From IMG/VR virus record IMGVR_UViG_3300043568_001465: 20,000 bases of DNA; one strand, written 5' to 3'. The stretch is from an uncultured virus (IMG/VR IMGVR_UViG_3300043568_001465) (lineage: Duplodnaviria > Heunggongvirae > Uroviricota > Caudoviricetes). Both the position numbers and the translations under genes were made by a program. Positions 15,126-20,000 of this stretch are shown one piece after another; position 1 is the stretch's first letter; every line of letters begins with the position of its first letter. The notes below the pieces were generated by a model, which saw nothing but the letters and a program-made list of their open reading frames with translations, did not search any database and was not told the origin of the DNA.

Positions 15126-15473
15126 TCAGTCGCTCACCCTGACGGGCTCGCTGTGCTGGAATTCCTGCCGGACCAGCACGTCATGGATTCTTGCCAGTTC
15201 CGTGGTGGTTACTGTATCCAGGGCGATAGTGAAGTATACCTCCCAGTCGTGTGATACACAGTGGATGTCTCCATCAGTGTTAATGCTGACGGCTAGGTAT
15301 GACGCACGGGCGTTGGGATCACCCTCAGTGCGAAGCACCACGTCCGTCTTGTCGAAGACGAATTGACTTCCTTCATTGTATGACGACAGGGTTATATGGA
15401 TATCCTTTATCACCTCCGACCTGAAGCCGGCTACAAGCGCCTGGAGTTTGTCTGCTGCTGGGTTATTTTCCAT
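15126..15473 (-). CDS. Hypothetical protein
   Basis: 115-aa ORF whose 3' end overlaps a GCGA-hairpin copy. Confidence 0.65.
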   Translation of the reverse strand: MENNPAADKLQALVAGFRSEVIKDIHITLSSYNEGSQFVFDKTDVVLRTEGDPNARASYLAVSINTDGDIHCVSHDWEVYFTIALDTVTTTELARIHDVLVRQEFQHSEPVRVSD

Positions 15474-15474
15474 T

Positions 15475-15807
15475 TTAATTATTTAGGATTAATTCGCGAA
15501 TCCTCTTAGCGTCTGAGCTGGAGAAGTTCGTCGCAATGATGTTTGGGTGACCTTGAGCGTGGATGACGATATCACATCCGATAACATTATCAATAATGTC
15601 GACGCTGGTAATGCTAGCGCGCTTCACCTGCGTGCTGTCGACGCCAATTAGCACGCTGTTGCGCCGGCGCCAGGTTACTATGTCACTGGTGATAGTTATC
15701 CTGTGAGGAGTGAGTACTGGTCCCATCCTGGTTATGCTAGAAGAGAACTCCTCGTTTATTACCCGAGGAGTTTCTCTTTCCATTGCTTCAACATCTTCTC
15801 TAGTCAT
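15475..15807 (-). CDS. Bacterial PH-domain-like protein
   Basis: TPHRITIT...I..ITSVDI...IG.DIVI pattern of bPH domains. Start is ATG 15807 or 15813. Confidence 0.55.
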   Translation of the reverse strand: MTREDVEAMERETPRVINEEFSSSITRMGPVLTPHRITITSDIVTWRRRNSVLIGVDSTQVKRASITSVDIIDNVIGCDIVIHAQGHPNIIATNFSSSDAKRIRELILNN

Positions 15808-15826
15808 ATGCAAATAAAGGTTTTTT

Positions 15827-16567
15827 TTATGATATTACAAAACTACTCTTCTCCAATTTCGTTCTGATTTTTTTGAACTTCAAGCCGACAACCACATTGC
15901 CCTCATCTAGGTAACGCATATCGTACGCGTCCCCGTCGATAACCTGGCGTCCCCAAAACTTCTCAGGTACCTGCTCGAATACCACTGCGACCCTGATATT
16001 ATTTTCCAGCGCTAGAATCGCTTTGTCTAGATTCGTCCCGCTGTAGCTAAATGTAAGATCATAGTTAGGGTACTTCTGAATCAACTTAATACGGTTGTCC
16101 ACCTTAGTGTAGTCGTAAAACTGGATATCTGGAAATATCTGAAGTATGTTTTTCCCGCCAGTGTTAAACTGCTCCGGGTTAAGGTCACTAGTGCCGTTCA
16201 GGCGAACGCTGTAACGCATGCCGGCTTTTTCTGCTTTACGTGCGCCGGCTGCTATTTCGTCAACCAGCCACGCCATGAAGAAGTCGCGCTGCTCAAAGAA
16301 CAATTTCGTCTTCTTAATTCGAGCTGCGTTAATAATATTCTTAGTATCGATACGGTTGTGTCCTGATTCGTTCAGGCATAGGCGCGTGCATTCGTCGCTT
16401 CTCATCGGACAAACTTCATACCCGGACATGTCGGCCGGAGCCAGATATAAGATGTAGGTCATTTCGTTATACTTAAGACCTTTAGCCATTTTGGACGAAG
16501 TCGCGACTCCACCTAGGTATGACAAACCAGTTAATTTCTTCGCTTGAGTTTGATTTAAGTACTGCAT
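15827..16567 (-). CDS. GP88-family phage protein
   Basis: ILYLAPAD..G.EVCP....C...CLNESG, VRLNGTSD, FYDYTK, YDLTFSYS, VAVVF and IDGD.YD.RYLD...VVGLKFK. Confidence 0.8.
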   Translation of the reverse strand: MQYLNQTQAKKLTGLSYLGGVATSSKMAKGLKYNEMTYILYLAPADMSGYEVCPMRSDECTRLCLNESGHNRIDTKNIINAARIKKTKLFFEQRDFFMAWLVDEIAAGARKAEKAGMRYSVRLNGTSDLNPEQFNTGGKNILQIFPDIQFYDYTKVDNRIKLIQKYPNYDLTFSYSGTNLDKAILALENNIRVAVVFEQVPEKFWGRQVIDGDAYDMRYLDEGNVVVGLKFKKIRTKLEKSSFVIS

Positions 16568-16632
16568 ATGCTTTTGGTTTAAATGTGATACGAAGTTAAG
16601 AATTTTTTATTAATATCAATAAATATTTTTTT

Positions 16633-16667
16633 AAAAAAACTCCCGCAGGAAATATTCCCGCAGGAGT
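16633..16667 (-). terminator. Rho-independent terminator
   Basis: On - strand: ACTCCTGCGGGAA-TAT-TTCCTGCGGGAGT followed by a T run. Confidence 0.75.
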
Positions 16668-16681
16668 AATACACTATAAAC

Positions 16682-17236
16682 CTAAAAAGCACTCTCTAAT
16701 GATTCGATAAATTGTCTTTGCGTGTTGGTAATACCGAAGTCGATATTGATCGCCACGATTTGTTTATGGGACTTCCAAACAGAAACATCATACATCCCAT
16801 CACCTATTCCGCTGCTGGATACCACGCCACCGTCATACGCCCCCCAAGAGTTCTCACTCAAAGTGAAGCGGCACATCTTCTCATACCACGAGTCGCCTGG
16901 ATCATCGTTATATGAAATCGTGAAGTCGATATCTGGCGCCTGGATTGTTGCTGCTACATCTGGATTCCTGTATGACGCCATATCAAAGATGCCGGCCTGT
17001 CCAGAATCCACTCCGATAGATGCGTGTTTATACCAGCGCTTCTTGGCGCCAACGAAGTCCTGATGCACGGCGATAAGCCCAGTACATCTTGTTCCCCAGT
17101 CGCCAAGATCGGATATAACCGCCTGGACATAGTATGTGCCTGGGAGAACATTTGTAATAACTGACTGACACCAGGTGTCAAGTTTGTAGCAAGGATCGCT
17201 GACCATTACCACATTCGAAAGGGTGATAGTTTTCAT
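16682..17236 (-). CDS. DUF4241-like protein
   Basis: Motifs VSDPCY, IGVDSGQAGIFD and SSGIGDGMYDV. Confidence 0.7.
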   Translation of the reverse strand: MKTITLSNVVMVSDPCYKLDTWCQSVITNVLPGTYYVQAVISDLGDWGTRCTGLIAVHQDFVGAKKRWYKHASIGVDSGQAGIFDMASYRNPDVAATIQAPDIDFTISYNDDPGDSWYEKMCRFTLSENSWGAYDGGVVSSSGIGDGMYDVSVWKSHKQIVAINIDFGITNTQRQFIESLESAF

Positions 17237-17258
17237 TTGTTTTCGTTTTTGATTTATG

Positions 17259-17297
17259 CAAAGATAATTAAATTCTTGAAATCAAGAAATATTTTTT
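17259..17297 (-). promoter_or_regulatory. Bacteroidota sigma70-type promoter (TATCTTTG) with AAAAAATATTT upstream
   Basis: Canonical TAnnTTTG at 17259-17266(-), upstream of ATG 17236. Confidence 0.7.
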
Positions 17298-17634
17298 AAA
17301 AATGCTCTGTACCTGTATGACGAGATTCTGTATACAGCTCGTAGTTATTCAGTTCCGCTATGAAGTTATCCAAGTCCAGTTTAATGGTTCCTTCGGCCCC
17401 ACCGTCATTGAAGTCGGCTGGACTATTATCTAAACAATACCAGAGGAACTCATCTGCAATATTCACTACTTCCGTGTAGTCAATGTCGACAATATTCTTA
17501 TCGCCGTCATACGCATCCACGCTGTTGAACGAATCAAATGAATCACCGCTACCGTAATAGCCAACTTCGATAATTGAAACTGTTGGGTACGCTTCTTTAA
17601 GCGCGTTAAATGTACTTCTTTTGTCTGCTGCCAT
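17296..17634 (-). CDS. DUF6878-like protein
   Basis: YYGSGDS...FNDGGAEGTI pattern and adjacency to a DUF6915-like gene. Start set to ATG 17634. Confidence 0.6.
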   Translation of the reverse strand: MAADKRSTFNALKEAYPTVSIIEVGYYGSGDSFDSFNSVDAYDGDKNIVDIDYTEVVNIADEFLWYCLDNSPADFNDGGAEGTIKLDLDNFIAELNNYELYTESRHTGTEHF

Positions 17635-17653
17635 TTTTTTAGTTATTAAAGGG

Positions 17654-18088
17654 TTAATCAATATAAATTGTGGTTTTTTTACGAACCATTAGTTCAGTTT
17701 CTCTATCAACTGTAATACCTTCTGGGAAGCGCAACTTCGCTGATGACGGCGCTTCACCTAAACCGTTATTCATCCATGACTTCACCTGCAAGTTCTCAAT
17801 CCAGTCCTGCGGGGTAGGAATATACTTCATGTGGTAATCTTCCAGAATATGCAGTTCGCATATATCCTTAACGCTCACCAGACGACCAGCAGAGTTTGTT
17901 ATATACTCACCGTACAGTTCAATCATTACTTCAAAGATGAAGAACATATTGTGCGTTAGTATCCTGTGCCTGTTATCAGGAAAGTACTTCTTGCTGCAAT
18001 CCATCTTGGCGTGAAGTGCAACATAATCTTCTGCTGTGCCACCCCAGCGCTTCGCCGAGGATGTTGCGTGAATTAAAGGTGTAGCCAT
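17654..18088 (-). CDS. DUF6915-like protein
   Basis: MATPLIHATSSAKRWGG..EDY..LH..MD.SK....DNRHR.LTH...ICELHILED....IPT.QDW. Confidence 0.75.
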   Translation of the reverse strand: MATPLIHATSSAKRWGGTAEDYVALHAKMDCSKKYFPDNRHRILTHNMFFIFEVMIELYGEYITNSAGRLVSVKDICELHILEDYHMKYIPTPQDWIENLQVKSWMNNGLGEAPSSAKLRFPEGITVDRETELMVRKKTTIYID

Positions 18089-18126
18089 GTTTTTATTTTT
18101 TTGTAAAAGTAATAAAATATTTGGAA

Positions 18127-18468
18127 TTACAAGATGTCAACAGTTAATTCTTTTCTTCTTTTGGTCCAGGCATCCTGTGCCTTACGCACAGCGTTCTCCT
18201 GGACTGCCGCATTCCTGGGATCAATACTGTCGACATTCCCCAGGGTAATACGAATCCTCGCCTGTTTATCCCAGTTCCTGATTTTGAACTTCACCTCTGC
18301 CAGCCAGTAGTGAGCGTTCCTGTCTTTATAATATTGCTTATATAGAACCATGTCATCAAATCTCAATCTGGAAATCATCCTGTCGCTTTCCAGCAGATCC
18401 ACCAGATACTGTTTCTGGCGGATCTCTGTTTTCAAATTATCAATGTAGTCGTTTGTGTGTTTGCTCAT
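18127..18468 (-). CDS. Hypothetical protein
   Basis: 113-aa ORF in the - strand block. Confidence 0.65.
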   Translation of the reverse strand: MSKHTNDYIDNLKTEIRQKQYLVDLLESDRMISRLRFDDMVLYKQYYKDRNAHYWLAEVKFKIRNWDKQARIRITLGNVDSIDPRNAAVQENAVRKAQDAWTKRRKELTVDIL

Positions 18469-18474
18469 CTTGTT

Positions 18475-18717
18475 TTATTGGAAGATATGACTGTCGGCTC
18501 CGCGCTTCATATCCAGTTTAGTTAGTTGTTCGTAGTAATAATCGTACCAGTCGTCAAAGACATCCTGCGCTTGTTCCGTGTATCTGGTATCCCCAGAATC
18601 CTCATCTTCTACATATAAGGAATCTTCGCTGTCATACTCGCCACGAACCACTAGTTCAAGTTTTGTTGCGGCTTCCGCCAGATTGCTGGCTGCTTCTACT
18701 TCGTTGATATAAATCAT
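18475..18717 (-). CDS. Small acidic hypothetical protein
   Basis: 80-aa ORF, rich in D, E and Y. Confidence 0.7.
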   Translation of the reverse strand: MIYINEVEAASNLAEAATKLELVVRGEYDSEDSLYVEDEDSGDTRYTEQAQDVFDDWYDYYYEQLTKLDMKRGADSHIFQ

Positions 18718-18920
18718 TGTACTTCGAATGTTTGGTTAAAAAATTCTTCGCTTACTATTTTGCGAACCTTATCAATGCCGGCAGGAGAACCGACCAGTTT
18801 GCCGTTCTTCTTGGTGAATACTTCTGCTTCCGCCGGCCAGCCGTATACACCGCCATCCTTTACGAAGCGTAATACCTGCGAGAAGAATTCCTCGTTTGCT
18901 TCTATTTTATATTTCTCCAT
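18714..18920 (-). CDS. Hypothetical protein
   Basis: Start set to ATG 18920 (MEKYKIE), overlapping the end of the upstream gene. Confidence 0.65.
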   Translation of the reverse strand: MEKYKIEANEEFFSQVLRFVKDGGVYGWPAEAEVFTKKNGKLVGSPAGIDKVRKIVSEEFFNQTFEVQ

Positions 18921-19206
18921 TTGCCAATTTTTTAGAAGCCACAAAATCGTAGAACTTAATTTCGTCATACGCACCCATATCAATTTCATCATTGTCGTCT
19001 AAATGAACTGTCTGTCCTTCCACCGCCAAGTTTTCTGGGAGGTATCCAGCGCCTTCAAGTAAACTCTCCGCCGTGATGGAGAAGGTTCCTTCGGTTGACA
19101 ACTCTCCGATAACACCATAGGTGTAAACGAAATCTTTAATGATGTCATAATCAAAAAACCAATTCATAAATGCTTCTCTGTCGATGTATAAGATTTTCTT
19201 TTCCAT
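18907..19206 (-). CDS. Acidic hypothetical protein
   Basis: 99-aa ORF. Confidence 0.7.
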   Translation of the reverse strand: MEKKILYIDREAFMNWFFDYDIIKDFVYTYGVIGELSTEGTFSITAESLLEGAGYLPENLAVEGQTVHLDDNDEIDMGAYDEIKFYDFVASKKLANGEI

Positions 19207-19218
19207 AAGTTTTTAATT

Positions 19219-19485
19219 TTAAGGTTTATTTGTCCAAATAATTTCGCCGGTAGCACCAGCAATGTAAAGTTCCTCCGTTGCTTCGCCTCCGTTTTCATCA
19301 GGGCTAATTTGTTCAGCAGTTTCAAACAGAGTATCCCAATCGTCGCTTAATGTGTCACTACTATTGGTATTACACATCTCAATTACTTTCGCCTTTGCTT
19401 CTTTCAAAGTTTTGGCTTCGATTACAAAATTGTTTCTATACCAAATGGTATGTTTTTGGTCGAGGTGAAATTCAAATTCTGCCAT
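19219..19485 (-). CDS. Acidic hypothetical protein
   Basis: 88-aa ORF with an IEA.T..EA motif common in small phage proteins. Confidence 0.7.
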   Translation of the reverse strand: MAEFEFHLDQKHTIWYRNNFVIEAKTLKEAKAKVIEMCNTNSSDTLSDDWDTLFETAEQISPDENGGEATEELYIAGATGEIIWTNKP

Positions 19486-19533
19486 TGTTATTGTTTTTAG
19501 GTTTTAAAAATGTTTTGTAAAATTAAGAATTTT

Positions 19534-19911
19534 TTATTGAATAGTGATAATCCTGATAAAGATATTTTCCTGATTAATTTGATCCGAGTTAAACGCCTGC
19601 TGGAAGCCGGCTGTCGACCAGATCAATCCCTGCGCTTCTGCTTCTTTAACCCATTCATCATCTGTTGCGTCCAGAATGGATTTGGTTCCCAGATCAATAG
19701 TCGCATACTCATCGTTTGGATGGATTCCATACACGCGTGTATTGTCCAGCAGCGATGCTGCGTGTCTTTTCAGTACTGGTTTAAACACGGCCGAATCCAG
19801 CAGCGTCATGTCCAGCGGCAGTTCATCATTAACAGCAAGCTCAATTAAGGTTTGTCTTAATTCTAATGCAGCACTAAAATCTGCGATTGAGGTTTGAAAT
19901 ATATTATCCAT
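19534..19911 (-). CDS. Hypothetical protein
   Basis: 125-aa ORF. Confidence 0.7.
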   Translation of the reverse strand: MDNIFQTSIADFSAALELRQTLIELAVNDELPLDMTLLDSAVFKPVLKRHAASLLDNTRVYGIHPNDEYATIDLGTKSILDATDDEWVKEAEAQGLIWSTAGFQQAFNSDQINQENIFIRIITIQ

Positions 19912-19925
19912 AAAAGTTTTGTTAA

Positions 19926-19950
19926 GCCCGCCATCATGTCGACGGCGGGC
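19926..19950 (-). terminator. GC-rich intergenic hairpin, possible terminator
   Basis: GCCCGCC...GGCGGGC between two genes, with a weak U tract. Confidence 0.45.
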
Positions 19951-19958
19951 GGGATGAA

Positions 19959-20000
19959 TTAAAATGATATAATTGTGAATGGTACCGGCGGGTTTGATTT
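19959..20000 (-). CDS. 3' end of a gene entering from beyond the window (...KSNPPVPFTIISF*)
   Basis: Open frame to the window edge, ending in TAA at 19959-19961. Confidence 0.45.
   Translation of the reverse strand, partial: KSNPPVPFTIISF

Noticed and set aside
14374..19897. Plus-strand and alternate-frame ORFs in the right block (14374, 16218, 16712, 16722, 16954, 18760, 19510, 19676)
   Set aside because: They are antisense or out-of-frame overlaps of coherent - strand genes.
1..20000. Stop-codon reassignment as seen in some large phages
   Set aside because: Genes pack tightly under code 11. TAG (11853-11855, 16682-16684 -) and TGA both end genes at sensible positions.

Overview
This is a gene-dense, AT-rich segment of a large dsDNA phage, probably infecting Bacteroidota: it has TAnnTTTG-type promoters, A-rich leaders without Shine-Dalgarno sites, and standard code 11. 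A + strand block (44-13268) and a - strand block (13896-20000) converge on a ~630-bp structured non-coding junction. The left block encodes a metallophosphoesterase, a stand-alone DnaA domain IV protein, a short C5 DNA methyltransferase, an HldD/RfaD-like epimerase, a 1000-aa SF2 helicase-like protein with five ~57-aa repeats, HNH and GIY-YIG endonucleases, and an LpxH-like phosphoesterase plus a GT2 glycosyltransferase. The right block is more GC-rich and carries small early-type genes (GP88-like, DUF4241-like, DUF6878/DUF6915-like, AP2-like). The most interesting signal is at and to the right of the junction. It includes six strand-specific hairpins of the form RCGA-[variable stem-loop]-GAGY (tandem G.A pairs, with covariation) and a companion CGACCGG motif. 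The heptamer GTATGAC/GTCATAC occurs 17 times in 13.4-19.0 kb and was not seen in the first 13.4 kb. There are also 10-bp-phased GTGGG boxes, one perfect DnaA box and a GC-skew inversion. Together these suggest an undescribed cis-acting DNA element for replication termination, genome ends, injection or partition. All counts are manual and no database searches were run.
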